From Ginglymostoma cirratum (Eukaryota): a stretch of DNA of 64,000 nt. The position numbers and the translations under genes were made by a program. A model generated the notes under the pieces. That model was not told where the DNA came from, did no database searches, and saw only the letters and a list, made by a program, of their open reading frames with translations. The stretch is taken from contig JAHRHZ010000078.1 in assembly GCA_024137785.1 (NCBI GenBank), forward strand, positions 16,528,081-16,592,080, read 5' to 3'. Position 1 is the first letter of the stretch; each line of letters opens with the position of its first letter. Positions 1 through 11,860 of this stretch are shown here, piece after piece.

Positions 1-99
1 GTAATAAATATTTTACATTAAAAAAAGTTTTATGTCCCTGCCACAGCATTGAGAGCCCTAACTATAGGCATGGTATATTGTTCTTATCCTCCTTTCTGT

Positions 100-1060
100 T
101 GTCTTTTTCTAGAAAAGTCCATGTTAAGTCAAATAGGATTGTCCTTGCTTACCTATCTGATTGTAACTAGCTGTGTCTTCTCTCCCTGATCCTACACAAC
201 TAACTGCACATTTATCCATGGCCTTTCCCTCCTTTATCTCCATGCTGTCCCTTAGAAAAATTGACTACAGCTATGCAGTCAGCTTCTTCATGTATACAAA
301 CTTTTCTCCAACTTCTCTCAACACTTGCATTGCTCTGGATTGTGTCAAACTTGTTATCTATCATTCAGTTTTAGATAAGCCACAAGTTGAGTATTGGCAA
401 AACCTAATCATATTTGATTCCCTCTCTATCAGCATACTGAGACTGAGTTAGACGATCCATAATATTGTCATCATATTCAACCCCAATTTGAGCTTTGATC
501 CCTCTAGGTCTCCATTGGAAAGATTGCTTCTGCCCACCTCTGTGACCATGCTCATTTTTATTACTTTCTCATAATTTGCTGAAACCCTCATTTGTGTCTT
601 TTCCACCACTAGTTTGACCATTCCGGTGTTCTCCTGGTGGACTTTCAACCTGCACTTCATACACGTAACACATTCCAAACAATTTTTACTCTCGGTTTAT
701 CCTACACCATGTAAATTTATCCTACTGACACTCGTAAGTATCTTTGTAAACTTCATCAGCCCAATAAGCACCAAAAACTCATCCTTTGTCCAAGCTTGCA
801 TAGTGAAACTTTTCCTTCATTGAATCTAATCTCTTGGCATTGCCTACACCTTGTCCATCACTGGTAGCCTCCTAGATCCCATTCTAAAATTTGGTTCTCT
901 AACCCTTCTGCCTCTCTATTAAGACAATCTTTAAACCATATCTCTCTGACCAAACATTTGATAAATCCTCCTAAAATCTTTCTTTGATTCTGTACCTCCT
1001 TATTCATTTCTCTGTCTTATATGCGTTAGGTAAAGGCAGTACATAACTGCAAGTTAGTTT
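100..1060 (+). mobile_element. Degraded L2-clade LINE, 3' part
   Basis: Positions 578-620 translate AETLICVFSTTSL, resembling the L2 motif AETLIHAFVTSRLDY. L2-type 3' end: ctttaaaccatatctctctgaccaaacatttg and tail aaaggcagtacataactgcaagttagttt. Confidence 0.65.
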
Positions 1061-2134
1061 TGCGGTGCTTAATTACTGAATCAGTCCAACAATATCAGCT
1101 CTAGATAAAGAGGGATATCTTACAATCTGCTGATACTTTTAACCTAGACCCATGGGTATGCTTCTGTCATCTCTAGTTATTCAAATTCCTTTCCACTGAT
1201 AAAAACAATGATGACTTCCTTATTGGCCTGTTTTTCCCCTTTAGGTGCCATTGTGTTAGATAAGACACTTCATTTACAGGATTTTGAATGTTAAGCTTGA
1301 TTTTAAAAATCATGTGCAAGGATTCACTGGCAGTATGAAAGGTTAGCATTATTTAAATGTAAGGTGTGTCTTCAATAATTTGGATTGCCTAAACAACTAA
1401 CTGGCAATCCAAGGTTGATTTATAATGTCTCCAAATTAAAGTCTTATTGTTCCATTCAGTTTAGTGACCGTGATCCTGTCACCTCGATTATCAATCACCT
1501 ATAATGACCTTGTGGCCGTATAAACAAACAGAAAGATTCAGCTAAAAATCTATTCTTCAAAAGGTGAGAAGATATCATTCATACCACAGATGGGCCTTGA
1601 TTGCTTTTGCCTCTTTGTTATTTCAGTCTTTGAATAAAGTTTACTTTGTTTTTTAATAATTTACTCTTTTAGCCAGTAATGTCATTGAATTCATGTGAGT
1701 TACTTGGTTGCCAAGATGCATTTTTAGCCATGTATTCCAGTGATTGAAAGGTTTAAACACTAAATAACTTCAATTGTGAACAAAAGTATAAATGTATTTT
1801 TTAAAAGAGATAATACAAAAAAATGCTGCAGTAAGTTATATGTGTACAAATCTAGACCTGATCTCGGATTTTATTTTGCTCTCTCTTTTAAACTTAGACA
1901 TGTGTATTTCTCTTTGTAATTTACAACTTACTAGGAAAATCAGGAATTGTGATTTTTTTTGCTTCCTGAAAATGCAATTCACTTCCAGACACTTGGAAGC
2001 TTCCACAATATAACACATGTGCCTGTGATCCTTTAACATTTTTTAAATAGCTATAGAATTGCTTAATATGACTTGTTAATGACTGTTGACACACAGCATT
2101 TAATTTTGTGGATGCATGCAGAAAAGTGAGCAGA

Positions 2135-2193
2135 TGTGTGTGTGTGTGTGCGTGCTTGCGTGTGCGTGTGCGTGTGCGTGTGCGTGTGCGTGC
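2135..2193. repeat. Compound (TG)n/(TGTGCG)n microsatellite
   Basis: Read directly from the sequence; it explains the RTRTRT and CVCVCV ORFs. Confidence 0.95.
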
Positions 2194-3202
2194 ACTGGGA
2201 GGGATGTAGGGTGCTGCTTTTGAAGCCCCATCAAAGCGGTAAGACAGCACCTAAAACACATACATTAATATTATGGTCAACATCTGTATATGGGTTAAAA
2301 GAAGAATTTACTAAATACGACAAATGCTAAAACACTATTCTGACACTGTAGGAGAGTAGAAATTGAAGCGTAGCTATCTGAGCACATACTGCAGTACTCT
2401 AAGACCAGGTGGAAGGTCAGTGAGAGAGACTCAAGACAGCTGATACACTTCCAACAGCCGTGTTTAAGAACCATACAAAGCCTGAACACTACGAGAAAGG
2501 CAAATTTTGCAGCATGCGAAAACAGTCATCAAACTGGGATCGCTAAGCCTGTGGTGACTGTGCATTCATAATTACTATAAATCCTTTAGGAAATATTTCC
2601 TTCATGGATTGCCAGGGAAATGAGATATTGACCAAAGCTCCTACCCTACAGTTATATATTGCACATCAATTTAGCACAAGTTCATGTACTTGATCTTGGC
2701 CATGAATAGAAGACCAATACTTAAAGGATAATCTGTCACATGGTGGATACAAGCTCATGTCGGAAGGACAAGTACCATTGGATAAAGACTTGTCATGTTT
2801 CAGGGCATATGAAATGAAGACTATTATTCATTCACCAGAGAACTCTTGCATTCCAAGTTGATTTGGATCCCAGAACAAGTCTTGGGTGTCCTTGGCTTAC
2901 TAAAAGCACAAGTACTTTGGCAGAATTTAGGTAGGACAATGCCAAAAATGATGTTTGGATTTTAAGTATAATTTTATTTAATCCAATTGTTTTTGAAGTA
3001 GCCAACAAAGCCAATGCCATGTTCAAAAAATCTAGTCCAGTAGGATGACTATTCAAAAGGAGATGGCCCTGAATACAGTCAGAGACCATTAATGGAAATC
3101 CATGTCATGGACAAGTCTGGCTATTTGTGGAGACAATACAACCGTCACAAAAACATACACCACTTAGAGTGACACCACTGCTATTTGGATCATTATGAAA
3201 TA

Positions 3203-3893
3203 CAGGTAATCCTCAATTAAAACACGAGTTATGTTCCTGAAAATCACCATACTAAGAAAAACCGCGTTATTCAAAACAACATTTTCCCATAGAAACCCAT
3301 GTAAAATGAGTTACATTTACGGAATGTCAAACACGCACAGAATACAGAGTACAAAATTAATATAAAACAGCAAAGCAGACATGAAAATACGCAAAAAGAA
3401 ACTCAATACTTTTTGCTTCATATACAAGATTGTTTATCTGGGGGTGATGGTTATCCTTTTGGTGATTAGAATATTTGGAGGAGGAAAAATTTTGATGAAA
3501 AGGTTGCATCTGAAACCAATGAGGCCCAAAGATCTTTGGCTATTCAAATTTCACTTACCATGCTTGAGACTGCATCTGATTTAACTCTCATTGGAATTGA
3601 TTCCCTGCTTTCCTGAGCCACAATTTCTTAGTTTTCATAACTAGTCTACTGTAGAGGCTATGACAGACAGAGATGTCATTTCGGCAGGCAATGGCCAAAC
3701 AAGCTGAACAAACAAGAATTGCCCAGGAATGTTGAGTTTTGGCATGCATTTTTTCTTCTGTGCTGCTGGGAGTTGGTAAGACCTGTGCTGTCATGAATCA
3801 GGTGCATGTTGTTGGAATTATGAGTAATAATGTAAATGCCAATGTAAGGGCAAAATCATGCTACTCAAAACCAGAGTAACTGAGAATGACCTA
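3203..3893. mobile_element. Tigger/pogo-like (Tc1/mariner) non-autonomous DNA transposon
   Basis: Left end TA|CAGGTAATCCTCAATTA and right end TAACTGAGAATGACCTA|TA form imperfect terminal inverted repeats flanked by TA dinucleotides. Confidence 0.65.
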
Positions 3894-4225
3894 TATACAG
3901 TTATCAACTGGTCAACCTATTCAAACTGTTAAACTACATTGTCAGAATTCAGGGGACACGTTGTATATGGTCATTCTTCCTGTACCACTTACAATAGGCA
4001 TCATGCACATAGACTATTCAAAATACTGAAAGTCTCAAATTATGTAACTTTGTGTTGCAAAATGCAGGGTTATGTTATGATTCCAAAAATTTTGGATTCA
4101 TGAAAAGATATGATAGCAAAATAGTGTATTTGCTATCACAAAATAATGTAAAGTTATTATATTTTACAAAACAAATGCATGTTTTCTCAGGTCATGTTGT
4201 AATTCAGTGAATGCGCTACATTGCA

Positions 4226-4610
4226 CACTGAGGACCAGAGGAGGCTGAGTGGGAACATGATTGAGATACATAAAATTAGGAGGGGCATAGATTGGGTATC
4301 CACGAAGGTATTTTTCCCCTTGGTGGAGGGATCAATGACTATGAGGCATAGATTTAAAGTAAGAGACAGGTGATTTGAGGCAGTGTGAGGGGAATGGGAA
4401 TTTGGAACTTACTGCTTGTAACGGTGGTAGAGACAGAAACCCTCATAACTTTTAAGAAGCATTTAGATGTGCACTTATGATGTCAAGGGATGCAAGGCTA
4501 TGGGTCAAATGTTGGAAAATAGTATTAGAATAGTTAGGTGCTTGTTTTAACCAGCAGAGACTTGACGGGCAAAAGGGCCTCTTCCTGTGCTGCAGTTCTC
4601 TATTACTCTA
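4226..4610 (+). mobile_element. CR1 LINE 3' fragment
   Basis: CR1 ORF2 C-terminus (gaggaggctgagtgggaacatgattgagatacataaaatt, RLRGDLIEVYKI-like) and a tctattactcta tail. Confidence 0.8.
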
Positions 4611-5199
4611 AAAAAAAAGTAATTGATAAAACATATGTAGCTGAATCATATTTTGACAAAATATAAAAATGTAAAATATGTACAAATTGATACAATTCAA
4701 TTGATCCAGCTTTCAACAATAATTTGAATTATTTTCCCTGTCAAGTTTTTAAAAATACTACATACTACACAATTCATTCTGGAGTTTACTGTTGAGGCTC
4801 ACTCGAAATGGAATAGATTGGTATGTTCTCCACAACATGTAATAAGTCCTTTTCACAGAGTAAAATACTGGAATAGACCTCACATGAATTTCAAAGTAGA
4901 GTTTGTAATTTGATTTTCTGCATTGCTCATGGAGAAATCTTAGTGTTCTACATGATAAGTTGTGCAAATGTATATTCAACTTCGTATTGAGCTCCTCTTT
5001 TATGCAGATTTAAGCACATAAAGATGTTTAGCTATGTTAGAAGTGCTATGAACATGCAAGTTGTTATTGATTACTTTTCCAACTAACTCTGGTCAACTGT
5101 AGGGATTGATGTTGGTCATCGCAATACAAAAATCAACAGTCGTGTAATCAGGTGGACAACATGCTAGATCATAAAGTTTACAGTAAGTGCTATAGTTAT

Positions 5200-5535
5200 T
5201 TTAACCACCTTGCTCATATACACATCTTGACAGAGTGTAGAACTTGAACCTGGACCTGCGCTTCCTTCCACTTCAGCTGATGAAGAAGCACTGCTCTGAA
5301 AGCTTGTGATTTCAAATGAGCCTATTGGACTATAACCTGGTGTAGTGTGACTTCTGATTCTGGCCCATAAGTAGGGATACTATCATTACACCATGAGATC
5401 CAAGTTGATTTCAATATGCCAACACTTTTTAGATGTTTTTAAATGAGTTATGACACATGTCTGAGTATGTGGAACTTGAACATAAGCTTTCTGGCTCAGG
5501 AGTAAGGTTACTTCTACTGTGCAACATGAGCTCCC
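5200..5535 (-). mobile_element. Two degenerate short tRNA-derived SINEs; the first is interrupted by a Penelope fragment
   Basis: Two reverse B-box-like gaacttgaac motifs, followed by ctggccc...gtagggatac and ctggctc...gtaaggttac. Same family as 22303-22420. Confidence 0.55.
5258..5358 (+). mobile_element. Penelope-like pseudo-LTR fragment with a degenerate hammerhead motif
   Basis: ctgatga-agaagcactgctct-gaaagctt-gtgatttcaaat...ggactataacctggtg; homologous to the right arm of 5714-5896. Confidence 0.75.
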
Positions 5536-5713
5536 ATCACTGTAAGTGCTGTATCTCTATATCAGATCAAAGAAAGTTAACATCTAGAGCCTCAACACGA
5601 CCTTATTAAATCATTAACCTGGGCAACAATGTTCTTGTATGTCCTTCTGATCAGTCCCTCTAAAAAATTCTGATGGCAACTATTTGCTAGAGAGGTTTGT
5701 GGATCCTTCAAGA

Positions 5714-5896
5714 TGTGAAGGTGCCAGTGCTAGACTGGGGTGGACAAAGTCAGGAGCCACGCAACGACAGGTTATCATCCAACAGGTTTATTTGAAATCA
5801 CAAGCTTTCACCTGATGAAGTGGCTATGCTCCGAAAGATTGTGATTTCGGATAAACCTGTTGGACAATAACCTGGTGTCATGTGACTTCTGACTTT
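5714..5896. mobile_element. Palindromic Penelope-like insertion with 12-bp TSD
   Basis: Inverted arms at about 5746-5809 and 5833-5897. Flanked by gatccttcaaga (5702-5713) and gatccttccaga (5897-5908). Hammerhead core in the loop. Confidence 0.8.
5808..5844 (+). ncRNA. Degenerate minimal type I hammerhead ribozyme motif
   Basis: UCAC-CUGAUGA-A-GUGGC uau GCUCC-GAAA-GA-UU-GUGA. Stem I (UCAC/GUGA) is intact, stem II has a mismatch, and the stem III palindrome AGCU (seen in the 5277 copy) is mutated to AGAU. Confidence 0.6.
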
Positions 5897-6089
5897 GATC
5901 CTTCCAGAGTAATAGTTCACACATGCTATTTATAATTCATTTTGTTTAGAATATAAGAAAGTTCAAAGATGAGCCAAGCGTTATGTTCAAGTTTCTCCAG
6001 GTCTCCAACTAAAGGCAGTCCTTTGTCATTATTTATAGAACCACATCAAAGTGCATGATTTTTACAATGGGCAGAGAAAAGGAAGCAGA

Positions 6090-6185
6090 TACAAGTCCAC
6101 TTCAGCCAGACCAGGGACCAAATACCACCTTGATACTAATCTGATCTACACATTAGCTACCGAACCAACTGAGCTAATCAGCCCA
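6090..6185 (-). mobile_element. Degenerate tRNA-derived SINE head
   Basis: Reverse strand starts gggctgattagctcagttggtt (A-box-like); similar to the head at 55662. Confidence 0.45.
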
Positions 6186-7559
6186 CTTGCATTGCCACTA
6201 TGGGGATTATAATATTTGCCATTTAAAGAGGAAAAAGTCTTTCAAAAGGAAAAGAGAAAGAATGATTCTGTAAAAGGGAAATATGGACTGAATTTTACTG
6301 TTCTATGAACAATTGAATTGGAATCCAGTTTGCTTTGTTTTATTCAGGTATCACGGATAGCGAAGACACACAGTACTGCAGTCAGAGAGTTACCTTCCTC
6401 CCTGCCACAAAGTCAACAACAGCAAAGATGTTTAGTTAGATAAATGTAAATAGTCATCCCATAAAACTTAATGGCACAAGCATTACAGCAGAAGAAAAAC
6501 ACATTATGCACTAAAGCTGTACTAAACTTGGAATTTCCTTGTGGGTCCTGTCTAAATGATATTTTTATCTGTGCAATAAAATGTTGACTTGCAGAATGTC
6601 TACAGAATATTTTACTGACAAATAAAGCGGTCTCCTTCAGGGAGGTAAGAGTTCCAAAATTTCTGAAGCATTTTGTTAGCTTGTGGAAGAAAAATGGCTG
6701 AATTTTCAAAAATTTAAAATGGAAATTAATATTTCAGTCAATGGAATATTATTTTGCCTTCTTGCTGTTTATTATATTTTTTGTCTATTCATGAACTTAA
6801 ATTCATAATTGACGTTGGGATAGAAGAATGGATTTGAGATGGTCTTGATCACAGTTCAAATGCCTAAGTTCAATTTTCTTTTGTGCTTTAAATCATTTGA
6901 TCAAATGTTACCAATTCTGTCAACTGCTTTACGGAAAAATAACTCAGAACATAAATTTGACATGTGACTACTCTCCATGGCAGAATGACATAGCAACAAA
7001 GGGGTACATACGGGAATGTGTGTCCGCATCTTTTTTTTTAAATAGTGCAATGGGAGAAAGAGGTTTGTGAGCAATCGATGCTAGTGGTTGGATCCCAACC
7101 TGCTGAACTTCGCTGTTTTAGAGACAGCCTGTTAAGAATTTGCCCGACTGTCCCTGTCTCCGTCGGTCATTCACATGCGCACCATTGTGTTCAGCAGTTT
7201 GTGGCAGTTTGCCGTTCCTTCCTCCATGTTAAATCTCTAAACTAGCCTCAAGAAAAAATGCAAGATTGAAGTGAAGAACTCGCCACTCAGGGAGCATCGC
7301 TGCAAGATCCGTGTCCAGCAATCAGTACAAGGTTTTAATGTGGAACCATTCTGTTGGTTTACTTGTGTCTCCTGCATAATACGTCCTATGGCTTTCTTCT
7401 GTGGTTAGATCTCTCCAAGACCTAAATAAACTCACATTCTACAAAGAAGTCACTTTAGCCAGGCTGTCTTGAGTCAACAAAAATTAAGATTGCTTAATGC
7501 AATAAAAAGTAATCATGGAACACACATAGACACAGCAGAAATAAGAGGCGAGCCCAAAA

Positions 7560-8230
7560 AGATAAAAAGTAAAGATAAATGGATCAGTCTCCGAATTGTT
7601 TCTGAAGAGCAGGTACTACGATGTTGTTGCTACTGGCATCATCCATTAATGGCATTGACACTGGCAGCTGAACAGTCAGTATTGAGATTCTTAGTTTTTA
7701 TTTGGCACTGACTTAGATGCTGACACCATTTCTGCTTTGCCTTGCCTTTTTTGCACTTTGCCACCTTCAGAAATTGAAGGATCACAGTACTGCTGAATTA
7801 TCATGCTGCATAGCGCAAGCACAAAGCCAGATAGTCTATCATGCTTGTCAACAGTGATTGGTCAAGGGATGGATATATTGCTGTACACTATAATGCTTGG
7901 TTATGTCACACTTACTGCATGAGTCAGCAAAGACACCTGCATGGCCATGACTCAAAGTCTAAGGGGACTAGTCCTCAGTCAACAAAAGAAGACTTGTTAT
8001 CAATCAAGGACAGCATCTGTCCTCAGTCAAGGAGCACAGTCTTGGTCAGTCAGTTACTTGTGGTTGTCAGGGACGAGGGTTCCATATCCCAGCAGTAGCC
8101 CATGGTCAGTCCTGCAGGTCCAGAGCAATTTGTCTGGGGATTAATGCTAAATCAATCGGGATGTTGCATAGACATTGGTCAGGGATCTGATGATTTATCA
8201 GGTAAGGCTGTCCTTCCAAGTTGGTCACTG
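7560..8230. repeat. Dispersed repeat, probably Harbinger-derived, with internal cagtc-rich tandem array
   Basis: 7750-7870 aligns by eye to 48155-48275 (cacaaagccagatagtctatcatgcttgtc vs cacaaagtcaggtagtttatcatggttgtc); a degenerate ggtcagtca array follows. Confidence 0.6.
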
Positions 8231-8269
8231 GTGGGGGGGCAGAATTGGCTGGTCCTTCTATCTGCTCAG

Positions 8270-9615
8270 TGAAAGTCCCTCTGATTCTCAGTACCTCCTC
8301 AGGCCCTACTCTTCATTGCCTTGCCTTGTCAGTCCTCCCAAATTGTATCACCCCACATTTATCAGCATTAAATTCCATTTGTCATTATTCAGCCCATCTG
8401 ACCACCTCATCTATGTTGTCTGCAGTATTAGTCTTTCCTCCTCGATGCTTACCACACCGCCAATTTTTCTGTCATGTGATCAAACATCCTACATTCATAT
8501 CTAGATAATTAAAGTACACTACAAACAGCAAGGGGCCCAGCACGGAACTCTGTGGTCCACCACTGAACACAGGCTTCCTGTCACAAAAACAAACTTTGAC
8601 TATTACCCTTTGCCTCCTGCCACTGAGACAATTTTGTATCCAATTTTCCTAATAGCCCTGGATCCCATGGGCTGTTACCTTCTTGCCTAGTCACTCATGC
8701 AACCCCTCATCAAAAGCCTTACCAAACTCCATGTAGACTACATCGACTGCATGACCCTTATTCACACGCCTAGCCACGCCCTCAAAAATCTCAGTAAAAA
8801 CTGTAAGACATGGTCTTCCCCGACAAAACCATGCTGAGGATCCTAGAGTAGTCCTTGCCTCTCCAAGTGGAGATTAATTTTCTTTCCATTTCAATGTTTT
8901 CTCAATACTATCCTTAACACAGATGTTAGACTGAATGGCCTGTATTACCCTGGTTTATCCCTACCATCCTTAAAAATGGTTCCATGTTAGCTGTCTTCCA
9001 ATCATTTAGCACCTCTCCTTTGTCCAAAGATGATTTGAAAGTTAGTGTCAAGGGCCCTTGTAATCGATTCCCTTGTCTCACATAGCATTTCTCCTGAGCC
9101 TGAGGACTCATCTTCAAGCCCACTAAGACCACTGATGCCCCCTCCTTTTCAATCGTAATTTGTTCAAGCATATTGTAGTCCTCTTCCATGATTTCTCTAC
9201 CTACAACAGTCTTCTCTATTGTGAATACATATGTAAAATACTCATTTCAATCCTCAACTACGTCTTCCAGCTTCACCCAGTTTGCCACTAAGGTCTCTAA
9301 TTGGTCCACTCTTTTAGTTATTCTCTTACCTTAATATATGTATCAAACCTCTTGATTTTCCTTTATTTAGCCCATCAGTGTCTTCTCATGCCCCTCTTCA
9401 CTTGCCTAATTTCTTTTTTATGTAACACCCTGCGTTTCCCATTCACTGCTCTAAACTCTTGGAATCGAAGAAAAGTTTCCCCTTTTTCCTTATCCAATCT
9501 TGTCATTTTTCTCAATATTCAGGTCTCCCTCAAATGTTTGGTCCCAGTCTTTACCTTTACTGAACATGACGTCCCTGCACTTTTCTGGAGAAACTCCCAC
9601 TGCTCCAACGTAGAT
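8270..9615 (-). mobile_element. Degraded CR1 LINE (RT region)
   Basis: Minus-strand translation FKSSLDKGEVLNDWKTANMEP matches CR1 SLATGEVPEDWRIANVVP. Remnants of QHGF, DVVYMEFGKAFD and VPQSSVLGPLLF motifs are present. Confidence 0.85.
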
Positions 9616-9719
9616 TGGTGTAACAACTCAGGAAACTTGACTGGAGAGGAATGTGGCTTATTATTGAAAACCAAAATAGACCCATGACCTTGTGGGTCTG
9701 CTTTATTTCATTTCTCTCT

Positions 9720-10180
9720 CTCTGGAAGTGCTATCACACACAACCAAATGTTTTTTCCACCATCAAATCACAGTGACCATTTTTTGTTTAATTACTAATC
9801 AGCACCAGTTAATCACCCGTGAAGCCAATTGAATATTTACAATGAAAGCCTGTTACAGGCAACGCAAACCATCAGAAGGTGAGAGGGAAGTAGGGAGAGC
9901 AGGTGGGTCTGCCTTATATTTTTATCAACCTGGGAGCAGGCAGGACTTGAACCAGGGTCCTCTGGCCTAGAGGGTCTACTTTATCTTTCTTTCTTACACT
10001 AGGAAGTGTTATCACACACACCGAATGGCTTTCCCCAAATCACCTTGACTTCTTTTTTGTTTTTAACTAGCACATCCCACCAATTCATCATTCATGGAGC
10101 CATTTGGATGTTTACAAGCAAAGCCCATTACAGACAGTGCAAAGCTTCGAAAGTGAGGGAGGATAAGGGACAGCAGGAAA
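9720..10180. repeat. Degenerate direct duplication of about 180 bp with about 278 bp period
   Basis: ggaagtgctatcacacaca...gtagggagagcagg (9724-9903) vs ggaagtgttatcacacaca...taagggacagcagg (10002-10177). Confidence 0.7.
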
Positions 10181-10209
10181 ATGGAGTTGGATGAGGAAAT
10201 GTAACATTG

Positions 10210-10900
10210 TAACCTCACGGTGCCCACCTCTCTCTAAAGACATTGATGGACACTGAATGCTCCCTCTCCAAGAACACCCAGGCACGAATGTAACCACGGA
10301 AAAGGGACAGGCATTTAGCAGAGATGACCCTATCCACAGCTCACTGGCTAGGACTGTTTACAGCCAGCCTGGCCAGGTGCAGGAGCAGATCCAGAAGGAG
10401 GTCCTCTGGATCTGCCCACACCCCTCCACACCAGGTGCCTACACACCAGGAGCGTGGGACTGAGGTGCAACCAAAAACACAAAATAGTTTTCAAATAACT
10501 AGAAAGGGTGTCCAAACACCCACAACTGATATATACATGGTCCATAGTCTCCACAGCACCGCAAAATAAACAGTTGGGCTGGGAATCCATGAACTGCCAC
10601 ATTCTGTAGTTGTAAGACACAGCTGCGTGCAACACCCACCACCCCCAGTCACTCAGGGAAAGAGGGAGGACTCTGGCATAGAGAGCCCTTCACCAGGGAT
10701 CCCCACCGCAGGCAGCAAATAAATATACCACAGCATGCTCGGGTGGTGGGCATAACTATCCAGGCCAACTGGGCGCAGCAGCAGCAGCTTGTACAAAAAC
10801 TACCTCTTTGCAAAGCAAAAAGACACACAAGGTTTTCCCAAGAGGTGGCTCAGGTTGTGGGGCGTGGGCTTCTGCGGGAGGTTCAGGACCCTGAAACAGC
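10210..10900 (-). mobile_element. Tx1 (L1 group) LINE ORF2 C-terminal remnant
   Basis: CLFCGAVETMDHVYISC...FWLHLSPTLL: CCHC zinc finger plus the FWLHFSPTLL-type motif of Tx1 ORF2. Confidence 0.8.
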
Positions 10901-10954
10901 TTCACATGCATCTTCAACTTTCACACCAAAGGGCAGTGTAGATATTTTGCAATC

Positions 10955-11040
10955 AACTTGCTCAGAGATGTTATTACATATCTCTGAAACAAGTGGGACT
11001 TGAACCCAGGCCTACTGGCTCAGAGGTAGGGATACTCTAA
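10955..11040 (-). mobile_element. Short tRNA-derived SINE
   Basis: gtgggacttgaacccagg is the reverse of B box GGTTCAAGTCC; same family as 22303-22420. Confidence 0.65.
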
Positions 11041-11399
11041 TGAGGAGTTCCAGCTGGGCAGGCCATTGCCTGGTACCAAGGGAACATATACTCAATGACC
11101 TCCACAGGGTGATTAACGAGTGATTCCCCTTGGGCCTTGTAGGGATTATCACAATTATAATCTCCTGCAGTATTTTTGCAGCAAGTAATGTGCTGCACAA
11201 TTTGGATTAAGGTCCAGTATGTCACAGGTCCATATAGAGGCATCCTTTGGCTCTCTTTTCACAGTACTGCATGTCCCGCTGTACAGATGACAGTGCAAAG
11301 CAATCATTTGTGAGTAATGCAAATTCTGATTGCTCACAGTACTAAGAACCTATTCTATTTCTGATATCCCCCAGCACAGATTCATTGGAACTGTGACGA

Positions 11400-11860
11400 A
11401 TGGATCCCTAGCTGTAGCTGGTTATCATCACTGTGGCCATGGTGCAATGAAGACACAAAGAAACAGAGGGTCAGCAGCAATCTCCAGCTGCTGCTGAACA
11501 GCCAGCGCAGGAAGAAGTTACAACTGAAGATCCCCTCAGGGTACAGACAAAATACAGGAGGGAAACAGGCAACTTATTTTCGTGCCAGGATCCTGCAGAT
11601 GAGCAAGGCTCACCACTGTCACAGATTGAGGATGCCCTGGGACACTGTTACAGAACTGTGCTAACTGATGGAGCAGGATCTGTGACCTAAAAGACTGGGT
11701 GACTATCTTATCTCAGTGGCCCTCAAGGTGACACTTTGTTCAGTTTTTATGCAGCTGGCTGCTTCCAGGGATTAACTGGGGCCCCTTGTGAGATCATTCA
11801 ATCCTCAACCCACAAATGTACCGAAACTATTACCAATTCAATTTGTGCCAGATTACAATG
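11400..11860 (+). mobile_element. PIF/Harbinger transposase fossil (N-terminal HTH region)
   Basis: RLRMPWDTVTELC*LMEQDL...VALKVT...FYAAGCFQGLTGAPCEIIQSSTHKC resembles the HARBI1-type motif FYATGSFQ..GD..GISQSS. Confidence 0.75.

Noticed and set aside
1921-2330. RTRTRT and CVCVCV low-complexity ORFs
   Set aside because: Translations of the microsatellite.
7950-8230. CRISPR-like spaced repeats (also 48330-48600 and 57320-57515)
   Set aside because: Units are degenerate and irregular with no constant repeat-spacer structure; the context is eukaryotic with no cas genes.
11400-11860. Domesticated HARBI1 host gene (also 61230-61950)
   Set aside because: In-frame stops and frameshifts; these are transposon fossils.
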